A program made the position numbers and the translations under genes. A DNA stretch of 42,539 nucleotides, taken from IMG/VR virus record IMGVR_UViG_3300045988_141277, positions 1 through 42,539 of that record, one strand, 5' to 3'. This document shows positions 1-7,534 of this stretch, one piece after another (positions within the stretch are counted from its first letter, which is position 1; every line of letters begins with the position of its first letter). The notes beneath the pieces were generated by a model. That model did no database searches. It had not been told where the DNA came from and saw only the letters and a list, made by a program, of their open reading frames with translations. The stretch is from a virus.

Positions 1-55
1 ATATGAATACGATGGTAGAGATTTATTCGAGTTATATCATCTATATAGAGAAGAT
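1..55. repeat. 55-bp terminal direct repeat identical to 42485..42539 (circular-closure overlap)
   Basis: Window start and end are exactly identical. An ORF starting at 42306 runs through the junction in frame and stops at 74..76. Confidence 0.9.
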
Positions 56-76
56 TATATAATAAATAATCGTTAA
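2..76 (+). CDS. 3-prime end of the wrap-around 85-aa hypothetical protein gene that starts at 42306
   Basis: The frame continues from 42306..42539 (...YHLYRED) into YIINNR, with stop TAA at 74..76. Confidence 0.6.
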   Translation, partial: YEYDGRDLFELYHLYREDYIINNR

Positions 77-97
77 TTAATTTTAATTAAAATAAAA

Positions 98-124
98 AGG
101 ACTAGAGTTATTCTAGTCCTTTTC
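98..124. terminator. intrinsic terminator of the plus-strand accessory operon (A-run upstream, T-run downstream)
   Basis: AGGACTAGA (98..106) pairs with TCTAGTCCT (112..120), followed by TTTT. Confidence 0.75.
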
Positions 125-217
125 TGCAAGCAATTTTATAATTACATATATTAAGTTTTAATCCTTGTTTTAATGGATATTGCTTGCTCTTATATTATAG
201 CACATATTAAAAATAGA

Positions 218-250
218 AGCTAGAAGATCTCTATACCTTCTAGCTATTTT
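218..250. terminator. bidirectional intrinsic terminator downstream of the endolysin gene
   Basis: AGCTAGAAG (218..226) pairs with CTTCTAGCT (237..245). The stem is flanked by an A-run and a T-run. Confidence 0.7.
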
Positions 251-315
251 TATGGCCAGAGCTCCTATGTCTCTAAATTTTTACAAGGCTCATACGTCCT
301 TAATATATTATAATA

Positions 316-1191
316 TTATTTTTCAAATACTTCTACATATTTTGGTGAAGCTGTTATATATACTCCTGATTTTAGTTTATACATATCTGTTCCAGTTCTT
401 TTTATAGTTTCTACTACAGTATAAGCTCCTCCAGCAGTAACTTTACCTATTACATTAGCAGCATCAAAATCTGGTTTGCTATGTATGTTTATATCCTTTA
501 GTATTTTAACGTACTTAGTTTTATTAGCTCCTTGCTTTTCTGCTATATAAGTTACTCCGAAATATTCACATACTGCCTTACAAACTGCTTCAGCACATTT
601 TTCTTGATGTTTTTTATCAAGCATAAGTTTTGCTTCATTCCAATAATCCATAAAACCATACTCAATTAATATTGCTGGCATTGTTGTTTGTCTAAGTATA
701 GCTAATGTAAATCCACTCATATCTACATCTCGCATTAAACCGTAGCTATATTCGTAATTTATATCTTTTTCTAAATGTTTAACTGCTAATTTTCCAAGTC
801 TTATTGATTTTGAGGATGCGTTTTTAGTTCTCAAAACAAGAAGTCCCTTAACTCTACTTTGCCAAGCTTGACAGCTTCCTATCGCATTATAGTGATTTGA
901 AATTAATATATCTGCTTTTGCTGCATTAGCTTTGTATGCTCTCATATTAAGTGGTATATCTGTTTTACCTGTCATATCAGCTGTAAACATTGTATCTATA
1001 CCACATCTTTTTAGTGCAGCTGATAAGTATTCACTCACACCTCTATTCCATTCATTTTCTTTTATGATCTTTCCTTTTTTTCTGACTAATTCACCATCTA
1101 TGTATAAATTTTTTGACATTGGAACAGATTGTTTACCTTCTGTATGCATGCCATGCCCCGCATCTATAGCTACTAAATATTTTTTACTCAT
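316..1191 (-). CDS. endolysin: N-acetylmuramoyl-L-alanine amidase (Amidase_3-like) with C-terminal SH3b-like wall-binding domain
   Basis: N-terminus VAIDAGHG...ISNHYNA...ILIEYGFMD resembles zinc-amidase motifs. It is the last gene of the lysis cassette. RBS GGAAG lies upstream of the ATG. Confidence 0.85.
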   Translation of the reverse strand: MSKKYLVAIDAGHGMHTEGKQSVPMSKNLYIDGELVRKKGKIIKENEWNRGVSEYLSAALKRCGIDTMFTADMTGKTDIPLNMRAYKANAAKADILISNHYNAIGSCQAWQSRVKGLLVLRTKNASSKSIRLGKLAVKHLEKDINYEYSYGLMRDVDMSGFTLAILRQTTMPAILIEYGFMDYWNEAKLMLDKKHQEKCAEAVCKAVCEYFGVTYIAEKQGANKTKYVKILKDINIHSKPDFDAANVIGKVTAGGAYTVVETIKRTGTDMYKLKSGVYITASPKYVEVFEK

Positions 1192-1289
1192 AATAACACT
1201 TCCTTTTCTAAAAATAAAAGGTACTTAAAAAATCGACCTTCTTATCGACCTCCTAAGCACCTTACAGTTACCTTATAAAGTATTTATAT

Positions 1290-1547
1290 CTATTTTTCTA
1301 TCAAGTTCTTAAAAGCTTGATGTAAGCCTGTAGATGCAAGCCCTGAAAATAATCCACCAAGTATAACTTCTGGACTTACATATCCAGCTATCCATATGTT
1401 TAAAGCGCATCCTAAAAGTGCCATGATGCAAGGTATGTATTTATTTTCTATAAAACTAAAACTTGTTTTTATAACATATCCTACACATACACAAATACCT
1501 ACTACTGCTAAAACTAAGTAGCCACCTAATAAATTTAAATCAAACAT
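1290..1547 (-). CDS. holin
   Basis: 85 aa with several hydrophobic helices and a charged C-terminus, located between the XhlA-like gene and the endolysin. Confidence 0.75.
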   Translation of the reverse strand: MFDLNLLGGYLVLAVVGICVCVGYVIKTSFSFIENKYIPCIMALLGCALNIWIAGYVSPEVILGGLFSGLASTGLHQAFKNLIEK

Positions 1548-1559
1548 AACTACCTCCTA

Positions 1560-1793
1560 TTAATTAAATAAATTATTTTGTATTGCATAAAAGAAAAAAC
1601 TAACCAATGCTGTTATAATTGCATAAGTTAGTTTGTTTAAGTTGCTTGCTAATTTGTCTATAGTATTGCATAGATTTTCTATTTTTACTGCCATTTCAGA
1701 CTGTGTATTTTCTAGTTTGTCTATTCTTTCAGAATGTCTTTGAAGCCTTTCATCGTGTCTCTTTAGTGTGTCTTTTAACCATTCATCATTCAT
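1560..1793 (-). CDS. XhlA-like lysis-associated membrane protein
   Basis: 77 aa with an N-terminal coiled coil and a C-terminal TM helix. It sits in a PBSX-type xhlA-holin-amidase gene order. Confidence 0.6.
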   Translation of the reverse strand: MNDEWLKDTLKRHDERLQRHSERIDKLENTQSEMAVKIENLCNTIDKLASNLNKLTYAIITALVSFFFYAIQNNLFN

Positions 1794-1812
1794 GCAAAAT
1801 TCCTTTCTTATA

Positions 1813-1844
1813 TAAAAAAGGACTGTACCGCTACAGTCCTTTTT
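1813..1844 (-). terminator. strong intrinsic terminator about 25 nt upstream of the lysis cassette
   Basis: The minus strand reads AGGACUGUA-GCGG-UACAGUCCU followed by UUUUU. The 9-bp stem spans 1819..1840. Confidence 0.75.
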
Positions 1845-1900
1845 AAAATAGATTTAGTTTTTTTAATTATATATAGTTTTTATTCTTGTATTCTCACATT

Positions 1901-1979
1901 TTACATCTTTTTCACCCCCTTACAGTTATTATACTATAAGATGGTTTAAATACCATTTTTACTTGGTATTTACTTGGTA
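1901..1979 (-). promoter_or_regulatory. candidate promoter/leader: tandem 11-bp repeats, palindrome, TATAAT, then RBS plus ATG-TAA start-stop
   Basis: On the minus strand: TACCAAGTAAA x2 (1958..1979), ATGGTATTTAAACCAT (1941..1956), TATAAT (1928..1933), AAGGGGGTG RBS, and ATGTAA (1901..1906). Confidence 0.4.
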
Positions 1980-2022
1980 AATTAGTACACAATATTTTTA
2001 AATTGCGAACGAAATGTATATT

Positions 2023-2050
2023 AAAAAAGACTAGAAATTAATCTAGTCTG
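2023..2050 (-). terminator. intrinsic terminator of the acyltransferase moron
   Basis: AGACTAGA (2028..2035) pairs with TCTAGTCT (2042..2049). The U-run lies on the minus strand. The hairpin overlaps the stop codon. Confidence 0.7.
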
Positions 2051-3056
2051 TAATAGCTTGTCTTCTTGATGTAAATTTTGCTACAATATTACTCCACAAA
2101 TATGCCACTATCATAGCTAATAAATATGCAATAATATTTAATACTATATGGTATTTATCTATAACTATTATTTTTTCTGAAAATGATAAAATCCATAATA
2201 TTTTTTCATGAAATAAATATATTTCTAAACTATATATTCCTAAAAATGTTAATAGTTTAAATTTACCATTGCTAAATTTATCTAGTATCTTTGTTGCTAA
2301 TAAGCAGATACTTAAAGATAGTGGAATATAAACATAATATTTTAAAGCAAATGGAATATAAATAACATCTGGATTTACAATTAGTAAACTAACTATCAAA
2401 CTGATAATAGCAAAAAAATAAATTATCTTACTGTTTAGAGATATTTTTTCTTTATTTACTATAATATTCCCTATATAAAGACCTATTATAAAAATAGGTA
2501 TTCTACATATAAAAATTAATAAATAGTCTAAAATATTATCTAACATTGTAAATCTTATCAATAATCCTAAAACAATAAAAAATAAACTTGATATAACTGT
2601 AACTTTTTTAGGATTTTTATTCATAAAATCTAAATAAAAAGGTGTAATTAGATATAAAACTAATATAGCTGATATAAACCACCATGTTATGTTTCCTTTT
2701 ATCCAAAATCCTAAAGTTGTTACTCCTAAAAAAATATCTATTATTTTACCTTTAAATACTAACGTAAATGCGCAATACCATACTATTGCAACTGGAATAA
2801 ATGTAGGTAAAATTCTTAATACTCTTTTCTTATAAAAATATTTTTTATCGTTATTTTTTGAATAGGAGAAATATAGACCTATTCCAGATAATAATAAAAA
2901 TATATCTACCCCTACATCTCCAATATCTTTTAAACTCCTTATAATATTTATGTTCTTAACATCAATGCCTGTATGGAATATTAATATTAATAACATAGCT
3001 AAGCCCATTAATTGTGTTCTATACTTACTTAATAAACTAATTTTATTGTCATCCAT
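2043..3056 (-). CDS. integral-membrane acyltransferase family 3 (O-acyltransferase), lysogenic-conversion moron
   Basis: About 10 predicted TM helices. The N-terminal motif LMGLAMLLILIFH is typical of Acyl_transf_3. The start was moved to the ATG at 3056, which is preceded by AAAGGGGGTG (the ORF track gives 3077). Confidence 0.75.
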   Translation of the reverse strand: MDDNKISLLSKYRTQLMGLAMLLILIFHTGIDVKNINIIRSLKDIGDVGVDIFLLLSGIGLYFSYSKNNDKKYFYKKRVLRILPTFIPVAIVWYCAFTLVFKGKIIDIFLGVTTLGFWIKGNITWWFISAILVLYLITPFYLDFMNKNPKKVTVISSLFFIVLGLLIRFTMLDNILDYLLIFICRIPIFIIGLYIGNIIVNKEKISLNSKIIYFFAIISLIVSLLIVNPDVIYIPFALKYYVYIPLSLSICLLATKILDKFSNGKFKLLTFLGIYSLEIYLFHEKILWILSFSEKIIVIDKYHIVLNIIAYLLAMIVAYLWSNIVAKFTSRRQAITD

Positions 3057-3075
3057 ATATACACCCCCTTTTATC

Positions 3076-3104
3076 ATTATAATAAAAGCGAGTGTATTTT
3101 TCTA
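3076..3104 (-). promoter_or_regulatory. candidate sigma-A promoter of the acyltransferase moron
   Basis: The minus strand reads TAGAAA-17nt-TATAAT directly upstream of the RBS. Confidence 0.4.
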
Positions 3105-3107
3105 TAT

Positions 3108-3236
3108 TTATATTTGTGGCGTTGCAATTATCATTTCATATTCATCTTGAGTTATTTGCCCTTTTGAAACTCTTTTTTGTAAATATTCTTCATTTACTTT
3201 TTTCATAATCCACATATTTAATAAAAAATTATACAT
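3108..3236 (-). CDS. XkdX-like small tail-module protein (42 aa)
   Basis: RBS AAGGAGTG. The sequence ...KGQITQDEYEMII resembles the XkdX family. It occupies the usual position after the tail fibre gene. It is below the ORF-track length cutoff. Confidence 0.55.
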   Translation of the reverse strand: MYNFLLNMWIMKKVNEEYLQKRVSKGQITQDEYEMIIATPQI

Positions 3237-3247
3237 AAAATCACTCC

Positions 3248-3400
3248 TTATAATAAATTTAAAATAACTTCTTCTATTGCACTAACTCTTTCTTCTATTG
3301 TTATTTCTTCTTGGTAATTTTGTTTTTTTTGATTGTCAATTTCTTCTTGTGTCAATTCTGTTTCTATAACCTTTCCATCTACAACTCTTTTAACTAACAT
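3248..3400 (-). CDS. hypothetical 50-aa protein (tail fibre module)
   Basis: The ATG overlaps the stop of the upstream tail fibre gene (ATGTTAG). It is an acidic, coiled-coil-like ORF. Confidence 0.45.
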   Translation of the reverse strand: MLVKRVVDGKVIETELTQEEIDNQKKQNYQEEITIEERVSAIEEVILNLL

Positions 3401-4920
3401 TTAGCCCACACCTCCATAATTGAATCTTTTGAAAATAAACCTGTTGTAGACATATCTAACCCAACAGTAATTTTATCTATATAGTCTAAGTTATTTAGCA
3501 ATGCTCTAAAATTAGAAGTCATATTAGCATTAGATATACTCGAACTATTAAAATTATTATATATAGGTGCCGATACACCAATCCTATTATTTCCTAGATA
3601 TTGAGTAAAAACAAAATTATTAATCACTTTAAAATAAAATCCAACTCTATAAAATTCATAATTCTTGTACAGACTAAGACTATAAATGGTTGCTTTTCCA
3701 TTAAAACTAGATTCCCAATCTTTAAACCCAATTCCGAAACTTAAATTGGATGATGTATCTTTAGGTTGACTAGCTGTTATAAAAATAAAACCTTCTTTTA
3801 TCTGCAAACCATTGTCATCTTTATCCTTTGTTACAGTAAAGGCATAACAGTCTTCTCCAAAAGTTGTTTCAATAACCTTTTTCCATATTTCACTACTTCC
3901 ACCAGTACCCGTACCACTTTCTCCATCAGCGCCCTTTGGAATACCTAAATTAAGCAATGGATTTTCAACTGTTCCTGTAATACTTGCAGTTGCATTACTT
4001 CCACTATCTAGTGTTTCTACTGTACCAATTTGTAAGTTTGGAGTTGTTCCAGTATCTCCCTTGTCACCTTTATCTCCTTTTGCTCCATCAGAACCTTTCA
4101 AGTCTGTCAATGCTACTAAATTGTTCCAATCTGTATCTCCTACATATCTCCATTGTATATGTGTTGTACTTTTTTGGAGTTCTATTTCTTTTCCGTTTGT
4201 ACCACCTCCAGTCGTAGATGTTGGCAAAGTAATAGTTTTTATAGTTTTACTATTAGCAAAAAATGTTAATACATTGTTAGAAAGTGTAACATTATCAATT
4301 TTTTCGTTCGCAATATCTTTAAATTGCGAACTAAGTTCGTTGATAGCTCCTACTATTTCCTTGCTAGTTGTTTCTAATGAAGTATCACTTTTCTTTTGAT
4401 AACCTGTTAAATCTCCACCTTGTAAAGATTTTACTTGTTCGATTAACTGTTTAAGTATCGGTAAATCTGGACTTGATGATATTTCTTCATTTAGGTTAGT
4501 TAATATACTTCCTTTTACTTCATAAGTTGAGCTTGAAGTAGTAATACTTTCATCATTATTATCTACTTTACTAGATACTTCAAACTCAAAGTTGTAATTT
4601 CCAACTTGATCTATAAATTCAGAAGTCAAATCTATTTCAAATAAAGCTTTTTCTTCATTTAATAACTTGGCTTCAAATGTTCTATATTGATTTGTTTTAG
4701 GTTTTATTACATTTAGCGTAATTTTATAATCAGTTGCATTTTCTATAGTTACATAATTCTTTATTAATTCATTTTCACTCATATTTATAACAAGTTGTAC
4801 AAACATATTTGAAGTCTTTTTGTCTGTATTCCAAAAGGTCATCTTTGGTACATCTATCGTTGCTTCTTTTACATTTATTTTGATTAAGTAATCTCTATTT
4901 AAATTAGTTATATTACTCAA
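3394..4920 (-). CDS. tail fibre / baseplate upper protein (BppU-like N-terminus) with collagen-like GXY repeats
   Basis: The N-terminus resembles the BppU Ig-like domain. There is a GSDGAKGDKGDKGDTGTTP collagen-like stretch. It lies downstream of the Tal/tailspike genes. Confidence 0.7.
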   Translation of the reverse strand: MSNITNLNRDYLIKINVKEATIDVPKMTFWNTDKKTSNMFVQLVINMSENELIKNYVTIENATDYKITLNVIKPKTNQYRTFEAKLLNEEKALFEIDLTSEFIDQVGNYNFEFEVSSKVDNNDESITTSSSTYEVKGSILTNLNEEISSSPDLPILKQLIEQVKSLQGGDLTGYQKKSDTSLETTSKEIVGAINELSSQFKDIANEKIDNVTLSNNVLTFFANSKTIKTITLPTSTTGGGTNGKEIELQKSTTHIQWRYVGDTDWNNLVALTDLKGSDGAKGDKGDKGDTGTTPNLQIGTVETLDSGSNATASITGTVENPLLNLGIPKGADGESGTGTGGSSEIWKKVIETTFGEDCYAFTVTKDKDDNGLQIKEGFIFITASQPKDTSSNLSFGIGFKDWESSFNGKATIYSLSLYKNYEFYRVGFYFKVINNFVFTQYLGNNRIGVSAPIYNNFNSSSISNANMTSNFRALLNNLDYIDKITVGLDMSTTGLFSKDSIMEVWAKC

Positions 4921-4935
4921 ATCGTCACTTCCTCT

Positions 4936-7521
4936 CTAGTCTTGATAAGTTATTGTTGCTTTTATAACTCCTGTACATTTCATATAATGTGCTTTATCAA
5001 AAGTATGTTTAAGTCCAAATCCTTTCATTGTTCCGTTTTTTATTGCATTCAGTACTGCACTATCTGTTATTGTAACTGTTGTTGTTGTATTCATTGTAAG
5101 ATTAGCAGTTTTTGACCATGACAAATAAGCAGGCTCTCCACTTGGTCTACTTGAATGATTATGCATAACTATTTTAGCTTCATTGTTACTTGAACTACCT
5201 CCACTTGTACGTTCTATTTTCAGAACAACTTTCGTAATAGTTTTGCCTTGCAATTTACTGAAATCACTACCAAAGAACCAACAGCCAACACTATTAGAGG
5301 TCCATTTTCCTTGAATGACTAGATTGTCTTGCGCCCAGTCACTCCAAGCATAACGATATGTATCTCCATAATCACTTGTAAACGTAACTGACTTACTTGT
5401 TGTAGTTCCTATATTAGTATTTTCTCCTACAGTTGTAGTAGTTCCATCTACTGTACATTTTGCAGAATTATAAATTATTTGTGAAGAGTTATCGTGTGTT
5501 AACTGTCCGTTAGGTATAGAACCATCTTGAATACATACCGTAGCCCCATAGATTGCTCTAACTGCATTGTTATTAACTTTCCCATAATTCTTATACATGA
5601 TAAGTTTACTACCTCTAGCTTGTAGTCCGTTTTGACTGCCTATTACTTTGCAGTTTTGCATTAATAATGTTGTTCCATGTTCAACACCGATAGCATAATA
5701 ACTATTTGATGTTGTTTGGCCATAGACATTAATACTTCTAAGTGTAACAAAATTACAATTTGAGAAATACATTCCGTAATAATATGTGTTGCTACTTACC
5801 ATAGATGCTGGCATTATATCAGGTCTTTGACTATTTACCCCATCTGGAATACCAGTAACAGTAGTAGCTCCATATATGAATAATTTTGCAGTGCAATTAT
5901 ATCCAGCTATATTACCATTATAATTTTTCATATTCATATACATATATATATCACCATTTGAAAATCCATCTAAAGTCAAGTTTTCGTTACATTCTTTGTT
6001 TAAAGTTATATATATGCTAGTACCATTAAGATTTTTTGGTAATGCATCTAAAAAACCTTGTACAGTATAGAATTTCGCATTATCAGTAACAGAAGATGCA
6101 TCATCTCCATCTGTTGCTATAGTTACAGATATATCACTTGCAATTGAATTAATAATATCTTTACTGATTATTTTTCTAACAATAAGAGTATCAGCGGTCA
6201 TATTACCTTGTGCATTAACTGCTCCATTGAAATTACCATTATTAGCGGTCATATTTCCGTCTTCATCTATAGAAAATCCACCATTTATAGTGGTATATCC
6301 TTCTAGTGAAATATTATCTGCTTTCAATTTTATATTTGATTTCGCTATTGCTGAGATTGTTGCATCTGTTAATGTCAAACTTGATTGTGTAGATCCCTTT
6401 TTAACTACCCATTGAAACATCTCAGCAGTCTGAGTTGCCATTGATAGTGCTTTCGATGCTTCGTGTTTGGCTTCCCAGCTGCTCAAGTAATTAGGTGGAG
6501 TAAAAGTTGTATTTCCGTTTGAATATGTAATTTTCGTTGTATACCAAAGGAATTTGCCTTCTACATAATCTGGGATATTTTTTGTCCAACCTGTAGCATG
6601 CACATCAGGAGCGCTAGTTTTTGAATTATGCATATAATAAAATATTTCTGTGTTTGTAATGCTGACTCCAGTGGCTCCAGATTCTCCAGGTTTTCCATCA
6701 ATTCCACTCAGACAAGTCGGAGTATCGTAAGTAATTTCCCCCTTACTATTTTGTGCAGCAGTTCGCATCCAAATATATCCTGTAGTAACATTTGGTTTAG
6801 TAGTTGACCAGCTACCTCCTATTAACTCAGTGGAAGATGTAGATATATAAAATTCATTATATACTCTAGTAACTGTAATATCTAATGTGGATTTCATATC
6901 TTCTACTTTAGTAGTAAATCCATCCATTGTTTGTTTTAATTGAGATGCCTTTGAAATAGCAGCTTCTGCTTTTGAGTGAGCATCATTAGCTACCCCTTCT
7001 ATAGTACCAACATTTGTCTCAATTCCATTTACTGTTTGAGATAGAGTGGAGTATAATACCTTTAATTTAACTTTATTTCCTTCGGCATCTTCTATAAATC
7101 CATCAGATACGAGGGATTCTATTTTTCCATTTTGTTCATCTACTGTCAATTTTACTTGTTTGATTTCTGGAATTTTTTCTCCGTCAATATACAAATTTCC
7201 ATCTTCGTCTAGATATAAAGTGTTTTTCTCTCCGTTGTTTGTAAGAATATTTACTATACTATTTATATCTGCATCCAATTTATTATCATTTACAGCTTTA
7301 ATTTGCTCTCTTAAATTCGCTTCTTTTTCATTTTCTAGTATTCTTTTAACATCATTGTAATTTTCCACATATGTAGCATGTGCTTTCTCTAAGTCATACT
7401 TATCATCTTGTGTTATTTTTCTGTTAGTGATTACTTTTTCAAGTAGATTTACAAGTTCATTATAACTAGAGGAGAAATTATCATGCTCTCTAGTTATAGT
7501 TTCTATATTGCTATTGCTCAT
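4936..7521 (-). CDS. tail spike / receptor-binding protein with coiled-coil N-terminus and beta-helix-like region
   Basis: The start was moved to the ATG at 7521 (RBS AAAGGGGA). Repetitive N/G/T-rich segments (NCKVIGSQNGLQARGSKL...) suggest a parallel beta-helix. Confidence 0.6.
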   Translation of the reverse strand: MSNSNIETITREHDNFSSSYNELVNLLEKVITNRKITQDDKYDLEKAHATYVENYNDVKRILENEKEANLREQIKAVNDNKLDADINSIVNILTNNGEKNTLYLDEDGNLYIDGEKIPEIKQVKLTVDEQNGKIESLVSDGFIEDAEGNKVKLKVLYSTLSQTVNGIETNVGTIEGVANDAHSKAEAAISKASQLKQTMDGFTTKVEDMKSTLDITVTRVYNEFYISTSSTELIGGSWSTTKPNVTTGYIWMRTAAQNSKGEITYDTPTCLSGIDGKPGESGATGVSITNTEIFYYMHNSKTSAPDVHATGWTKNIPDYVEGKFLWYTTKITYSNGNTTFTPPNYLSSWEAKHEASKALSMATQTAEMFQWVVKKGSTQSSLTLTDATISAIAKSNIKLKADNISLEGYTTINGGFSIDEDGNMTANNGNFNGAVNAQGNMTADTLIVRKIISKDIINSIASDISVTIATDGDDASSVTDNAKFYTVQGFLDALPKNLNGTSIYITLNKECNENLTLDGFSNGDIYMYMNMKNYNGNIAGYNCTAKLFIYGATTVTGIPDGVNSQRPDIMPASMVSSNTYYYGMYFSNCNFVTLRSINVYGQTTSNSYYAIGVEHGTTLLMQNCKVIGSQNGLQARGSKLIMYKNYGKVNNNAVRAIYGATVCIQDGSIPNGQLTHDNSSQIIYNSAKCTVDGTTTTVGENTNIGTTTSKSVTFTSDYGDTYRYAWSDWAQDNLVIQGKWTSNSVGCWFFGSDFSKLQGKTITKVVLKIERTSGGSSSNNEAKIVMHNHSSRPSGEPAYLSWSKTANLTMNTTTTVTITDSAVLNAIKNGTMKGFGLKHTFDKAHYMKCTGVIKATITYQD

Positions 7522-7534
7522 AATAATCCCCTTT

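Noticed and set aside
1-55. The 55-bp end repeats as attL/attR cores or phage direct terminal repeats
   Set aside because: The integrase is a serine recombinase, which has a very short crossover core. A coding frame runs seamlessly through the junction. The length matches a typical assembler k-mer overlap. It is interpreted as circular closure.
126-187. 9-bp inverted repeat GCAAGCAAT/ATTGCTTGC with an internal GTTTTAAT direct repeat, as a functional element
   Set aside because: The arms are short and separated by 44 nt of AT-rich sequence, and could arise by chance. It is mentioned only as a weaker alternative attP location.
932-1228. Plus-strand ORFs inside the minus-strand structural and lysis genes (for example 932..1228, 2950..3150, 3766..4399, 6227..6415, 7046..7360, 9685..9969, 10644..10958, 13874..14203, 18840..19082, 19483..19731, 20145..20420, 22014..22304, 22462..22831, 23748..24372, 24491..24679, 25834..26016, 26719..26940)
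   Set aside because: All are antisense shadows of longer, functionally coherent minus-strand genes. They are hydrophobic or low-complexity and have no ribosome-binding sites.
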